64,000 nt of DNA from a candidate division FCPU426 bacterium (GCA_963771075.1 CAVYSE010000011.1:384001-448000); one strand, 5' to 3'. Positions 37,613 to 48,106 are shown, numbered from the stretch's first letter. Numbers and translations are program-made. Notes: generated by a model from the sequence alone, not told the origin.

Positions 37613-38812
37613 ATGGCGTTAAAGAATCTCCCCCTTCCATCCGGTTTTCTGGCGTCCGGCGTTCACGCCGGTTTAAAAGACCAAGGCGAACTGGACATGG
37701 CCCTCATCTGTTCCAATTTGCCCGCCACCGCCGCCGGGATGGTGACGACCAACCGGGTCAAGGCCGCGCCAGCCCGCCATACCGAAAGGGCGTTGAAAAG
37801 CGGAAGGCCCCTGCGGGCCGTTTTGGTGAACACGAAAAACGCCAACGCGCTCACGGGACGACAGGGTGAAAAGGATGTCCAAGTAACCGTGAATGAGGCC
37901 GCGAGGCTTCTTTCCATTTCTCCCGCCTCCGTCCTGGCCCATTCCACCGGGGTCATCGGCATTCCGCTTCCGATGCCCAAAATCCTAGCGGGTCTCCGAC
38001 AGGCGGTCTTGAAACTTTCCCGTAACGGGGGGATGGACGCGGCACAGGGCATCCTGACCACCGATACTTTCCCGAAATATTCCGCCCAGGCCATGGTCCT
38101 GGGAGGGAAACACGCCTGGCTGACAGGAATCGCCAAGGGTTCGGGAATGATTCATCCCAACATGGCCACCATGCTGGTGTATCTTTTGACCGACGCGAAC
38201 ATCCCGCGGCCGGTCTTGAACCAAGCCTTGCGGGAGGCGGTCGCCCAAAGCTTCCACCGCATCACGGTGGACGGCGATGTGTCCACCAACGACAGCGTCC
38301 TGCTTTTGGCCAATGGAGCCTGCGGGAACAGACCTCTTCGGGCCGCCGACCCAGATTACCAAGTCTTTGTGAATGCCCTTAAAGCCGTCTGCCTCGACCT
38401 GGCGAAAGCGGTCGTGCGGGACGGGGAAGGGGCCACCAAGTTCGTCACCATCACCATCCAGGGCGCCAAGAACGCTTCGGACGCGTTGAAGGCCGGCATG
38501 GCGGTGGCCAAGTCCCCCCTGGTCAAAACCGCTTTGTTCGGGGCGGACCCTAATTGGGGAAGGGTTTTGGCGGCAGTGGGCTATTCGGGAGCGGTGGTGG
38601 AGGAATTCAAAACCTCTATTTCCATCGGGGGTTATCGGCTTTATGACGGCGGCAAAAAAGTGGTTTGGTCACGGGAAAAGCTGAAAAAAATATTGCTCCA
38701 AAAGGATATTCTGATCACCGTGGACTTAAAACTGGGAAAGGGGAAAACCTCCGTTTATACCTGCGACCTGACGGATGGTTACATCGACATCAATGGCCGA
38801 TACACCACGTAA
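37613..38812 (+). CDS. argJ: Glutamate N-acetyltransferase / ornithine acetyltransferase
   Basis: NANALTG, STGVIG, TTDTFPK, KGSGMIHPNMATML, DGEGATK, DPNWGR. Confidence 0.97.
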   Translation: MALKNLPLPSGFLASGVHAGLKDQGELDMALICSNLPATAAGMVTTNRVKAAPARHTERALKSGRPLRAVLVNTKNANALTGRQGEKDVQVTVNEAARLLSISPASVLAHSTGVIGIPLPMPKILAGLRQAVLKLSRNGGMDAAQGILTTDTFPKYSAQAMVLGGKHAWLTGIAKGSGMIHPNMATMLVYLLTDANIPRPVLNQALREAVAQSFHRITVDGDVSTNDSVLLLANGACGNRPLRAADPDYQVFVNALKAVCLDLAKAVVRDGEGATKFVTITIQGAKNASDALKAGMAVAKSPLVKTALFGADPNWGRVLAAVGYSGAVVEEFKTSISIGGYRLYDGGKKVVWSREKLKKILLQKDILITVDLKLGKGKTSVYTCDLTDGYIDINGRYTT

Positions 38813-39851
38813 AAAACCGGGCGCCGAAACAACCAAAAATCCAACCCTGGGCGATGTAGGCGAGTTTGGCTTGATCGAAAAAATAAGATCCGCCGTGAAA
38901 ACCAACAATCCCAACATCCTTCTGGGCATCGGGGATGACGCGGCCCTGTTCAAGACCACCCCGGGCCATGAGATGGTCCTCACCACCGATATGCTGGTGG
39001 AAGGAAAACACTTCGATTTCAAAACCATTTCCCCCTGGCAATTGGGGGCCAAAACCATGGCGGTCAACATTAGCGATTGCGCGGCCATGGGCGCCAAACC
39101 CACGGTGGCGGTCGTGTCCCTGGGGATTCCGACAAACTTTTCCGTACGGGATATCGAGGCCTTTTACGACGGTTTGAACGAATGGGGCGAATCCTACGGG
39201 GCCCAGGTGGTGGGGGGCGACACGGTGGGAAGCGGCCAATTCGTGGTCAATGTTGCCCTGGTGGGGGAAGTCGAGAAGGGGAAGGCCCTGCGCCGGTCCC
39301 GCGCCAAGGCGGGGGACGCCCTTTTTGTCACTGGAACCCTTGGCGATTCGGGGGCGGGTCTCTACGCCTTGCAGCATCCCTCGCCGAAGGGAAAGGAATC
39401 GGAATCCCTGCTGGTCAAAAGGCATCTCTGCCCCGTACCTCGGTTCAACGTGGGCAGGGCCCTGGCGGTGGAGGGCATCGCCAGTTCGGCCATCGACATA
39501 TCGGACGGCCTATCCAGCGAAATTCATCACCTGTGTGAGGAATCCGGTGTGGGGGCGGAGATCCATGAGGAAGCCATCCCCCTTTCCCCGTCACTCTTGC
39601 ATTTTTGTGAGAAACGCGAATTGGACCCCCTGGTTTTCGCCCTCTCGGGAGGGGAAGATTACGAGCTTTTATTCACTGTGCCCCTCCCCAAGATCTCCAA
39701 GGCGGTCCGATTGCCGGGTTCGACCGGGGTGGTGGTCAAGTCCATCGGCCGGATGTTGCCCCAGGCCAAGGGAATCACGATGATCACAAAGAATGGTAGG
39801 AAGATTCCTTTGAAGAAACAGGGCTTCGACCATTTCGCTTCGAAAGCTTGA
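38793..39851 (+). CDS. thiL: Thiamine-monophosphate kinase
   Basis: GEFGLI, GIGDDAA, NISDCAAMGA, GGDT, DISDGL, GGEDYEL, GFDHF. Confidence 0.96.
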   Translation: MADTPRKKPGAETTKNPTLGDVGEFGLIEKIRSAVKTNNPNILLGIGDDAALFKTTPGHEMVLTTDMLVEGKHFDFKTISPWQLGAKTMAVNISDCAAMGAKPTVAVVSLGIPTNFSVRDIEAFYDGLNEWGESYGAQVVGGDTVGSGQFVVNVALVGEVEKGKALRRSRAKAGDALFVTGTLGDSGAGLYALQHPSPKGKESESLLVKRHLCPVPRFNVGRALAVEGIASSAIDISDGLSSEIHHLCEESGVGAEIHEEAIPLSPSLLHFCEKRELDPLVFALSGGEDYELLFTVPLPKISKAVRLPGSTGVVVKSIGRMLPQAKGITMITKNGRKIPLKKQGFDHFASKA

Positions 39852-39869
39852 CCCCGGATTTCCCGTCGG

Positions 39870-41912
39870 CTAGGGCGTGTTGGTCGTTTGTTTGGGAGAC
39901 CAAGGAATCAGCCCTTTTTCTATAAGCTTGTTGGCCAGGATGACGCTGAAAAGGAGATGACCGTTCGCGTTGAAATGGTCGCCTCCATAAATCTCTGAAA
40001 AGGGATGATAAGTTGTCCGCAAGGCCGTGAATTCCGGTGTGAAATCCCCCCAAGTCAAGTTCTCTTCCTTAAAGACGTCCCTCCAAAATCCGATGGAAAG
40101 CAGGGCGGGGTTTTCATTGCCTGTAGGGAGTAAGAAAGGCTGGAATTTAACGGGTTGCCCTCCGGAAGTTCTTGTTTGGGTGAGCTTTTGGTTCAATAAA
40201 CCCAGTGGTTTACCCATCATCTTAATCAAACAGGTTCGGGTATCGGGATCTGTCATCAGCCTGGAATTGTCCACGAAATTGATCTGATCTCCCTTCGTGG
40301 AAATATTGATCCATTTTTTCGCTTTGGCCAGCTCATACATTTTTCGAGGGATTCCGTCCGGTATTTTCTCTTTGTAAGGTTTCAATAGGTATTCGGGGTC
40401 CACCTGGTCCGTGGGAATCCCGTCCGAATCCGTGGGGCGTTGGTAATAGGCGGAAAGGCTGTTCCCGTAGTCCGGGCTCAGCATGAGAAGAGCCAGGTCC
40501 ACGTCGTATTTTTTGACGAGGGGCGGAATTTCATGGCTGGTCCAAACCAATAGGGGGCCCCAGGAAAGTTTCCCGATAAAGAGAACCTCGAAGTTCATGG
40601 GAACATCCCTTAAGGCGGCCTGGGTGTTCAATTCCAGCTCCAGACGTTTTGCCATGGTTTGCATTCGGTTGGAGAAACTTTGCGCCAAATCCTTATGGTC
40701 GTCGTCCAGTGTGAAAAAGGTATGGGAATCCCCCGCCAAAAGGATCCGGAAGGTATGGGGTGGTTTTTTCTCTGGGTATTCAAAATCGCTTGCTCCGTTC
40801 GAGTTGGGGGATCCCGAGTCCAGGAGAGCGTTTAGGAAAAGATCATGAACGGACGTAATGACGTTGCGGTTTGGGTTGGAAATAAAAAACCGTCTTTCGT
40901 TAGTCGGGTCGGCCGTGAAACCAGGGGGAAATTGCTGGCTTAAGTTTAGGAAACAGGGGAGTTTTAAACCATCCGTCGGATCACCCCAAACCGAAACGAA
41001 GGTTACCGGCTCGTTGCGGGGCATCAGCCTTATCATCGGATTTTTGTTGTCGGCTTGCAGGGCGTAAAGATAATTGCCCGAGGCCGATAGAGCCACGATT
41101 TGCTCGCCCGTGCCGGAAGGCAGGAAGGTTACCCCGCCCTGGGCGGTGAGTTGCAGTTGTCCGACCTGGGATAGGGCTTGGTCGGCAACGATTAACTTGT
41201 CATTGAAAAGGCACAGGGCGTTGGGATGGGGAAATTGGGGCTGATCCTTGAAAACCGTGGTGACCTTTTTCGTGTTCAAATCTAGTTTTTGAACCGCTCC
41301 CAGGGCGGGACGGGAAAGATAGAGGGCTTTTCCCTTATCCGAATAGGCGATTGCTCCAACGCCGTCCATGGGCACTTTCAGGGCGTCCCCCTCCGCAAGT
41401 CCACCTTGTCCGTTTCCCGCCAGGGTAGTGACAGTCATTGATTTCAGGTCGATCGAACGGATACGGGCGCTGTCATGGTCGTTGACCAGGAGTAAATCTC
41501 CCGGCAGATATGCCAAACCGGTGGGACGGCTGAACATGGCCTGGGAGACTGGTCCGTCCAGATATCCCTGCGTGCCCGTGCCCGCGAGCGTGGACACTTC
41601 GTTGTCGTGGGCGAGGTCAATCACCCGTATCCGTTCGTTTCCGTAGTCGGCGACATAAAGTCGGGTGCTATCGGAATTGACCGCCAAACCCAAAGGCGCG
41701 TGAAAAAGGGCCGAATCAAAGGAGCCGTCCTGGTAGCCGTCCCCACCTTCGCCGGCCACTAGGCTGTTGTAATGGTAGATGGGACGCAGGCCCCAAGCCT
41801 GCAGTCCGGAGAGAAGAAAGAGCGCCACAAAATAGAAGGTGACCCGGGTGAAATTTGTTTTTCGCAAGAAACCTCTCCTAAATTTAATAATTTGAAAAAA
41901 CCATATCGCCAC
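39870..41912 (-). CDS. Secreted NHL-repeat beta-propeller plus SGNH-hydrolase-like protein
   Basis: Repeats of AG.G..G..DG....A.F..P.GLA and LYVAD..N.RIR; C-terminal AGDS...GDHFNANGH. Confidence 0.75.
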   Translation of the reverse strand: MAIWFFQIIKFRRGFLRKTNFTRVTFYFVALFLLSGLQAWGLRPIYHYNSLVAGEGGDGYQDGSFDSALFHAPLGLAVNSDSTRLYVADYGNERIRVIDLAHDNEVSTLAGTGTQGYLDGPVSQAMFSRPTGLAYLPGDLLLVNDHDSARIRSIDLKSMTVTTLAGNGQGGLAEGDALKVPMDGVGAIAYSDKGKALYLSRPALGAVQKLDLNTKKVTTVFKDQPQFPHPNALCLFNDKLIVADQALSQVGQLQLTAQGGVTFLPSGTGEQIVALSASGNYLYALQADNKNPMIRLMPRNEPVTFVSVWGDPTDGLKLPCFLNLSQQFPPGFTADPTNERRFFISNPNRNVITSVHDLFLNALLDSGSPNSNGASDFEYPEKKPPHTFRILLAGDSHTFFTLDDDHKDLAQSFSNRMQTMAKRLELELNTQAALRDVPMNFEVLFIGKLSWGPLLVWTSHEIPPLVKKYDVDLALLMLSPDYGNSLSAYYQRPTDSDGIPTDQVDPEYLLKPYKEKIPDGIPRKMYELAKAKKWINISTKGDQINFVDNSRLMTDPDTRTCLIKMMGKPLGLLNQKLTQTRTSGGQPVKFQPFLLPTGNENPALLSIGFWRDVFKEENLTWGDFTPEFTALRTTYHPFSEIYGGDHFNANGHLLFSVILANKLIEKGLIPWSPKQTTNTP

Positions 41913-41984
41913 AGCCTAATCTTGGAAAGTTGTAGTATAAAAGGTATCGGCCTGAAACCAAACAGAGGGAAAAGGGGAACTTTT

Positions 41985-42458
41985 TTGTTATCCGCGAGCA
42001 TTCTTTGCGAGACCCCTGAACAAACCATCCAATGGGGTCGGTTGATCGGTGAAAAAGTCCTCCCCGGCGAGGTCTGGAGCTTGTCCGGGCCCCTGGGGGC
42101 GGGAAAGACCCTTTGGGTCAAAGGCTTGGCGGAAGGGATGGGAGTGGAAGGCTTGGTCACTTCCCCTACCTTCACCCTGCAGCATATTTACCAGGGCCGG
42201 CTTCCTTTGTTTCATTTTGATTGGTACCGTTTAGAGAGAGCCCAAGAGGTGGAGGATTTGGGCTTCCGTGAATGGGCCGAAAAAGGAGGGGTGGTGGCGG
42301 TGGAATGGGCCGACAAATATCCCTATCTGCTCCCTCCCCATGCCGTGCGATTGCGATTTGAGCCCCTGGGTTCCCTCAGCCGCCGTATCATCGTGGAAGC
42401 CGACGACCCGCAAACAATCCCAAGAATAGAGGAGCTCCTGCGTTGCTGGCCGCTATAG
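41985..42458 (+). CDS. tsaE: tRNA t6A biosynthesis ATPase TsaE
   Basis: GPLGAGKT, VTSPTF, HFDWYRL, VEW; TTG start inferred. Confidence 0.93.
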   Translation: MLSASILCETPEQTIQWGRLIGEKVLPGEVWSLSGPLGAGKTLWVKGLAEGMGVEGLVTSPTFTLQHIYQGRLPLFHFDWYRLERAQEVEDLGFREWAEKGGVVAVEWADKYPYLLPPHAVRLRFEPLGSLSRRIIVEADDPQTIPRIEELLRCWPL

Positions 42459-43138
42459 AAGTATCCACCCGAATTTCCAGCGTCGCCCTGCTGGACCTGA
42501 TCACCGGCGAGGAATTGGCCGAATGCCATCTCCCGGCCGATTGGGAAAGCTCGGTTACCCTTATCCCCGCCATGGAAACCCTTCTCCAGGACCGGGACCT
42601 GACCGCGCAGGACCTGGCGGCCGTGGCGGTTTCGGTGGGCCCCGGCAGTTTTACGGGAATCCGGGTGGGGATCGCCACGGCGGAAGGTTTGTGCCTTCCC
42701 TCCAACCTGCTGGTTTTCGGCGTTCCCACCTTGGACGGGCTGGCCGAAAACCTGTTGAACGCCGGCCTCAAGGGGGAAGCCCTTTGCCTGGTGGACGCCC
42801 AGAGAGCCGAGTGTTTCGTGGGGCATTACTATGTGGATGACGAGGGTTTTCGCGCGATGAATCCCCCCCAAATATTGGCGCTGGATCGGCTGGACGCCAT
42901 CATCCAGGAAAGAGCCTGGATCGTGGGGCCGGGCGCGCTGAAGTACGAGAAACTTTTGCGCGAAAGCCTGGGGACAAGAGGTCTCTTCGCCTTTAACGCC
43001 CAGCAGCAGCCCAGCGCCATGAGCATCGCGCGCATCGCCTACCGCCAATGGCGCTCGGGCCTGCGCCCCTCGCTGGACGAGTTGAAGCCCCTCTATCTCA
43101 GGCCTCCGGCCGTGGACGAGAAAAAACACGACCCATGA
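42443..43138 (+). CDS. tsaB: tRNA t6A biosynthesis protein TsaB
   Basis: GPGSFTGIRVG, DAQR, PLYLR. Confidence 0.93.
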   Translation: MLAAIEVSTRISSVALLDLITGEELAECHLPADWESSVTLIPAMETLLQDRDLTAQDLAAVAVSVGPGSFTGIRVGIATAEGLCLPSNLLVFGVPTLDGLAENLLNAGLKGEALCLVDAQRAECFVGHYYVDDEGFRAMNPPQILALDRLDAIIQERAWIVGPGALKYEKLLRESLGTRGLFAFNAQQQPSAMSIARIAYRQWRSGLRPSLDELKPLYLRPPAVDEKKHDP

Positions 43139-43596
43139 TCTTCCGCCCCATGATCCTGGCCGACCTGGACAAGGTCGTCGCCATCGAAAAAGTTTCCATG
43201 CCCTCGCCCTGGAGCTACGAGCTTTTCGAGGAGGAGCTGAAGCGCACCCAGGCCAATTATTTCGTCATCGAGGAAGAAGGCGTCCTGGCCGGTTATATCG
43301 GTTATTGGGAAGCCCCGGAGGAAGCCCATATCATCACCCTTGCCGTGTCGCCCGCTTTCCGCAACCGGGGGCTGGGGAAACGGATGATGGACCACTTCCT
43401 TGCCTTCGCCGCCCGGAAGGGGGCGAGGCTGGCGACGCTGGAAGTCCGGGAAGGGAACCAAGCGGGCCGCCGGCTTTACGAGAAATGTGGTTTTCGGCTG
43501 GTGGCCATCCGCAAAAAATATTACAGCGACAACCAGGAAGACGCGGTGGTGATGATCCGGGAGATCGCCGAGGCCCAAACACCGCCTTTCGGATGA
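43135..43596 (+). CDS. rimI: Ribosomal-protein N-acetyltransferase RimI
   Basis: PWS, HIITLAV, RGLG, LEVR, RKKYYSDNQEDAVVM; ATGA overlap with tsaB. Confidence 0.93.
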   Translation: MIFRPMILADLDKVVAIEKVSMPSPWSYELFEEELKRTQANYFVIEEEGVLAGYIGYWEAPEEAHIITLAVSPAFRNRGLGKRMMDHFLAFAARKGARLATLEVREGNQAGRRLYEKCGFRLVAIRKKYYSDNQEDAVVMIREIAEAQTPPFG

Positions 43597-43702
43597 ATTC
43601 TTTCTCGGCCCCTACGAAAGTTGTTCTTGTATCAGGACGGGAAACCGCCCATTGAGGGCCTGGTCATTGACGGGACTTCGGGTGGCCGATAGCATGGAAG
43701 GC

Positions 43703-44974
43703 ATGCGCACCCTTTTTAAATTAGGCCTGGTTTTACTGGCCTCCATCCTTTCGCTGGGAATAATGCCAGACCATTCATGGGCCGATAACGTCCAAACGAC
43801 CATCTTGCCTACGCCCACTCTTACTCCTCCCGCTTCACCCACGTCTGAATTAACCCCAACCCCCATTCCCGGCGCTTTGCCCAAAAACTGGGTGGGTGAG
43901 AAAATCTATACCTACGACACAACGTTTGGGACCAAGGGGGCAGGCCTCAATGAAATAAGCGGCCCGGAAGGTCTCTGCGTGGGCCCTGACGATAATCTTT
44001 ACATCGCGGACACCCAAAACAGCCGCATCCTGGTTTGGACCTGCGACGGACAACCCTTGAAATCCTTTGGCTCCTATGGCCCTTCGGCCGTCTGGCGCAA
44101 TGATCCGCAATTCGACCATCCGGCGGGGGTGATGGTGGCCCCGGGAGGGAAGATCTACGTGGCGGATACCCTTAACCACCGCGTCGTGGTCCTGGACCCC
44201 GATGGGACTGTTCTCATGAGTTGGGGAAGCCAGGGAGTCCGTCGCCGGCAGTTCAACATGCCCCGGGTGGTGGCCCGGGACCACTTTGGGAATATCTGGG
44301 TGCTGGACTCGGGAAATTCCAGGGTCACCAATTTCACGAATACGGGGAAATTCAACTTCACCTGGTCTTCCTACGGCACCCAGCCCGGACTGCTCAACCT
44401 TCCGCTGGGAATGGCCTTGAACAATATCGATCAGGGCATCCTGGCCGACACGGGCAATTTTCGGATCCAGGTTTTTAACGACATGGGGGCTTCCAATTAC
44501 GACCAGTCCCCGGTCACCACGGATACGGGAGCGGTCACGATGATCGCGACCCCCGTCAACAATGTCCCCGTCACGGTGATGGGGTGGTACGGAGACGGAC
44601 CCTACGAATTCAAGGAGCCCGCCGGAGTGTGCGTGACCAAAAGCGGTATGGTCGCCGTCGCCGACGGCTTGACGGGCCGGGTTGAATTTTTGAACGGCCG
44701 ATGGGACTTTGTCGGCCAGTGGAAGGCCAGCGAGGAGAACGTGAAACTGGCGTCTCCCCCCCGATTCCGTGCGGTGGCCTGCGATTCCAAGAACCGCCTT
44801 TACGTCACCGACATCCAGAATAATTGCATCATCCGCCTGAAGCTGATCAAGGAAGACCAGCCTCTCATCTCGACCGGCGGCGGCCCGGCGGCGACCGAGA
44901 CCCCCGTGGATACGCCTACTCCTACTCCCGATGATTCCATCCCCTATGGTGGGGCGGGATTTCCCATCCGCTGA
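43703..44974 (+). CDS. Secreted NHL-repeat protein with Pro/Thr-rich ends
   Basis: Signal peptide; repeated F..P.G....LY(I/V)ADT.N.R motifs. Confidence 0.85.
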   Translation: MRTLFKLGLVLLASILSLGIMPDHSWADNVQTTILPTPTLTPPASPTSELTPTPIPGALPKNWVGEKIYTYDTTFGTKGAGLNEISGPEGLCVGPDDNLYIADTQNSRILVWTCDGQPLKSFGSYGPSAVWRNDPQFDHPAGVMVAPGGKIYVADTLNHRVVVLDPDGTVLMSWGSQGVRRRQFNMPRVVARDHFGNIWVLDSGNSRVTNFTNTGKFNFTWSSYGTQPGLLNLPLGMALNNIDQGILADTGNFRIQVFNDMGASNYDQSPVTTDTGAVTMIATPVNNVPVTVMGWYGDGPYEFKEPAGVCVTKSGMVAVADGLTGRVEFLNGRWDFVGQWKASEENVKLASPPRFRAVACDSKNRLYVTDIQNNCIIRLKLIKEDQPLISTGGGPAATETPVDTPTPTPDDSIPYGGAGFPIR

Positions 44975-45120
44975 ATCCTCCGCCCATTCGTTTGTCAAAC
45001 CCTCCGTTCCCGCTCTTTCCGAAATGTTTTCTTTAGACAAAACCTGCCCGGCCCGGATCTTTCCTTAGACGCTCCCCGAATCCACGGAAGAAAATTTTTA
45101 TTATTTTGGGCTTGAATTAT

Positions 45121-45156
45121 AACTATACGGTTGTATAACTACACGGATGTATAGTT
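45121..45156. promoter_or_regulatory. Tandem palindromic TetR operator overlapping the promoter
   Basis: AACTATACGGTTGTATAACTACACGGATGTATAGTT contains two TA(T/C)ACGG.TGTATA sites; TTGAAT at 45112 and TATAAC at 45134. Confidence 0.7.
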
Positions 45157-45172
45157 ATGAAGGAGGGGGACT

Positions 45173-45823
45173 ATGACCCGGCCATCCCAGAACGCCGATA
45201 AGCGCCTCATCGAGGCGGCCCAGAAGATGCTCAAGAAAAACAGCCTGAGCCAGATGAACGTTCGGCAAGTGGCCGCCGAGGCGGGGGTGAACCTTGGGAT
45301 GTTCCACTACCACTTCAAGACGAAGGACCAGTTCATCCGGGCGGTTTTGCAGGACCTTTACGAAAAGTTTTTCAAGAACTTCGGATTGAAAATCGAGGAA
45401 GCCGACACGAACCTGGAAAAACTCCGGCAGGCCCTATTCGCCGTCGGGCAATTCGCCCGGGATAACCGGGTGTTGGCCCTGGCCATTTTGCGGGACCTGT
45501 TGGACCACAACCAGGAAACCTTGAATTTCATCAAGACCAACGCCACCCGGCACGCGGTTGTCCTTTGGGAGCTGGTCAGCCAATGCCAGAAAGAAGGAAG
45601 CCTCGAAAAAATGCCCAAGCCCCAGGCCATGGCTTTCATGATGCCGGCGGTGGCGGGCCCCGCCCTAGTCCTGGCCGGGGTTGAAAGCGTGGCTTCCTCT
45701 CTTTTGTCCAAGGGTCTGCTCAAGGGCGCCGGAATGATGATCCTTTCGGATGAGGCATTGAAAAAGAGGATCGATATGGCCCTGAAGGGTTTGGGCGCCA
45801 ACAGCAAGGGAGGCAAGGGATGA
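45173..45823 (+). CDS. TetR-family regulator
   Basis: VRQVAAEAGVNLGMFHYHFKTKDQ HTH. Confidence 0.93.
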   Translation: MTRPSQNADKRLIEAAQKMLKKNSLSQMNVRQVAAEAGVNLGMFHYHFKTKDQFIRAVLQDLYEKFFKNFGLKIEEADTNLEKLRQALFAVGQFARDNRVLALAILRDLLDHNQETLNFIKTNATRHAVVLWELVSQCQKEGSLEKMPKPQAMAFMMPAVAGPALVLAGVESVASSLLSKGLLKGAGMMILSDEALKKRIDMALKGLGANSKGGKG

Positions 45824-47247
45824 GGAAAAGAAAGGTTTGGGCCCTTCTCGGGGCCTGTTTGGGTTCTTATATGTTTTCGGGATGGGCCCTCAGCCAGGAA
45901 AAAACGCAGGTTTCCACCTTGAAATTGTCCCTTTCGGACCTGATTCAGGCCGCGATGAAGAACTCGCCGAAACTGGACTCGGCGAGATTGACCGCGCTGT
46001 CAGCCTTGAGCGAGGCGCACTCGGCCGGGGCGGCCGAGTTTCCCCGCCTTTCGGCGACGGGAAATTACTTTTATAACACCACCATCCCCGACTTGCAGAT
46101 CAGCCCCATGGCCCCGGCCATACCTTTTGGGTTCAACAATAACTGGTCCGCAAACGCCAACCTCTCCTTTGACCTTTGGGATTTTCGCTCCCTGCACAAC
46201 CAGGCCAACAGCCTGGACCAATGGTCCCAATCCCAAGATCAGGCTTACGAATCCGCGAAACGCCAACTTCTTCTGGCGGTGCGGATGGGTTATTTCCAAA
46301 CCCAGATCAACCTGGAGCAGGTGAGGCTTTTGGGGGAATCGCTCCAGGTGGCCCAAGCCCAGTACGGGGACATCAGCCACCAAACACGGTATGGCGCCGC
46401 AAGCCGGTTGGACCGGCTCTCTTCTCATCAAGAGGTTATCAATTACCAGCGTTCCTTTAGCCAGGCCCAGGCTGTTCTCTCCGGTTCCCTGCGGGATCTA
46501 TTCGACCTGACGGGAATAGAAGAACCCGCGGATTTTGCGACCCCCCTGGACGCCCGCATGAAGGGAAACAAACCGGACGGCACCTCGATGCCCACCGTCT
46601 GGCTTTCCATGGACCCCCTGGAGGGTTCCTTAAAAGACCTACAAAAGGAAAGCAGGGCGTTTCCCGATGATTCAGTGCCCCAGCTCAAGGCTTACGCTTG
46701 TCTGGCCGAATCGGAACGTTTCGCGGCGGATTCGGTGGCGGCCGGGATGCTTCCCAAGGTGACCCTTTCCGCCCAGGCGGGATATCAGGACCCCATCGGC
46801 CCCATCAATGAAACCATCCAGCAAAACACCATCAGCCTCACGGCCTCCATGCCCCTCTTCGACTGGGGACAGATTCTGGATGATTCGGATTCGAAGCGAA
46901 AACAATCCCAAGCCTATTTACGCGACCTGGGCCAGGCCAAGAGCGACCTGTGGAGGGATTTTCACAAAACCCAGGACCTGCTGAGGTCCATCCAATATCA
47001 GCAAGGTTTGAACCGCACCGCCGTGGAGGAAACCCAGCAACTCGCGAAATTGACCTATGTCTCTTATAAAGCGGGCGGCTCGAAATACCTAGAGGTGCAG
47101 ACGGCCAATTTTCAGGCCTTGACCGCAAAGGTCCAAGCCGTGACGAACGAGATCCAAATGCTGATGCAATTGTCGGTTTTGTCCTCCCTGTCCGGGGGCA
47201 GTTCACAGTCGACAGCCAGCAGCTCGCAGCCAGAAGAAAAACATTAA
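45820..47247 (+). CDS. TolC-family outer membrane efflux protein
   Basis: Signal peptide, two OEP repeats (FPRLSA.., LPKVTLSA..MPLFDWG, YKAG). Confidence 0.9.
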   Translation: MRKRKVWALLGACLGSYMFSGWALSQEKTQVSTLKLSLSDLIQAAMKNSPKLDSARLTALSALSEAHSAGAAEFPRLSATGNYFYNTTIPDLQISPMAPAIPFGFNNNWSANANLSFDLWDFRSLHNQANSLDQWSQSQDQAYESAKRQLLLAVRMGYFQTQINLEQVRLLGESLQVAQAQYGDISHQTRYGAASRLDRLSSHQEVINYQRSFSQAQAVLSGSLRDLFDLTGIEEPADFATPLDARMKGNKPDGTSMPTVWLSMDPLEGSLKDLQKESRAFPDDSVPQLKAYACLAESERFAADSVAAGMLPKVTLSAQAGYQDPIGPINETIQQNTISLTASMPLFDWGQILDDSDSKRKQSQAYLRDLGQAKSDLWRDFHKTQDLLRSIQYQQGLNRTAVEETQQLAKLTYVSYKAGGSKYLEVQTANFQALTAKVQAVTNEIQMLMQLSVLSSLSGGSSQSTASSSQPEEKH

Positions 47248-47280
47248 ACCGTCGACTGAAAACTATGCAGTGCTGAATTG
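47199..47280. repeat. Heptamer-periodic (CAGnnnn / CTGnnnn) inverted repeat
   Basis: CAGTTCA CAGTCGA CAGCCAG CAGCTCG CAGCCAG ... CCGTCGA CTGAAAA CTATGCA. Confidence 0.6.
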
Positions 47281-47294
47281 AAAAGGAGAACGAC

Positions 47295-48029
47295 ATGAAA
47301 AAACGCCTCAGAATCATCATTCCCATCCTCGTGCTCGGGATCGGGGGTTACCTGCTCTGGAGCCACTTCTACGGGAATCCCTTCACTTTCGCCGGAACGG
47401 TCGAGGCCACTGAGGTGGATGTGCCCGCCCAGGTCTCCTCCACCATCGCCGCCCTGGCCGTGGATGAGGGGCAGGCGGTAACCCAGGGCCAACTATTGGT
47501 TTCCCTGGATGGGCAGGATTACCGACTGTCCCAAAGCCAAGCGGACGACGATTTCGCCCGCGGAGAGAAGCTTTACCAGAGCGGCTCCATGCCCAAGGAA
47601 ACCTTCAATCACCTGCAAAACCAGAAACAACTGGCAGACCTGCGGGTGCAATGGTGTTCCATCACCTCGCCCCTGACCGGGACGGTCCTCACCAAGTACC
47701 ACGAGCCGGGGGAGTGGGTAAACCCGGGAACCAAGGTCTTCACCCTGGCGGATCTGCGGGAAGTCTGGTGCCTGATCTATGTGCCCGCGCCCGACCTTCA
47801 AAAACTCGCATATGGGCAAAAGTTGAAGGCTCGTTTGGACGACGAGAACAAAACCTCATTCGAGGGAACGGTCACCCATATCAACGACCAGGCGGAATTT
47901 ACCCCCAAGAATGTCCAGACCGAGAAGGAACGGACAAACCTGGTTTACGCCATCAAGGTCACTTTTCCCAACCCGAAAGGCCTGCTGAAGCCGGGCATGA
48001 CGCTGGAAGTCTCCATACCCCAAAAGTAA
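47295..48029 (+). CDS. HlyD-family membrane fusion protein (YbhG-like)
   Basis: GTVEATEVDV, AEFTPKNVQT..ER..LVY.IK, LKPGM. Confidence 0.92.
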   Translation: MKKRLRIIIPILVLGIGGYLLWSHFYGNPFTFAGTVEATEVDVPAQVSSTIAALAVDEGQAVTQGQLLVSLDGQDYRLSQSQADDDFARGEKLYQSGSMPKETFNHLQNQKQLADLRVQWCSITSPLTGTVLTKYHEPGEWVNPGTKVFTLADLREVWCLIYVPAPDLQKLAYGQKLKARLDDENKTSFEGTVTHINDQAEFTPKNVQTEKERTNLVYAIKVTFPNPKGLLKPGMTLEVSIPQK

Positions 48030-48031
48030 CC

Positions 48032-48106
48032 AAGTCGACGGACGACAGCGGAGATTTTAAAGCCGTAATGCCTGCCTGCCGACTGTTGACCGCTAACTGT
48101 GAACTG
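48032..48106. repeat. Heptamer-periodic inverted repeat
   Basis: AAGTCGA CGGACGA CAGCGGA ... CTGCCGA CTGTTGA CCGCTAA CTGTGAA CTG. Confidence 0.6.

Noticed and set aside
41772..41984. N-terminal extensions from the ORF track (tsaE here; likewise glnK1, apbC, rimI, argJ and the 11049 and 27487 ORFs)
   Set aside because: They extend beyond the family N-termini or overlap neighbouring genes; downstream starts fit the family start, several with a clear RBS.
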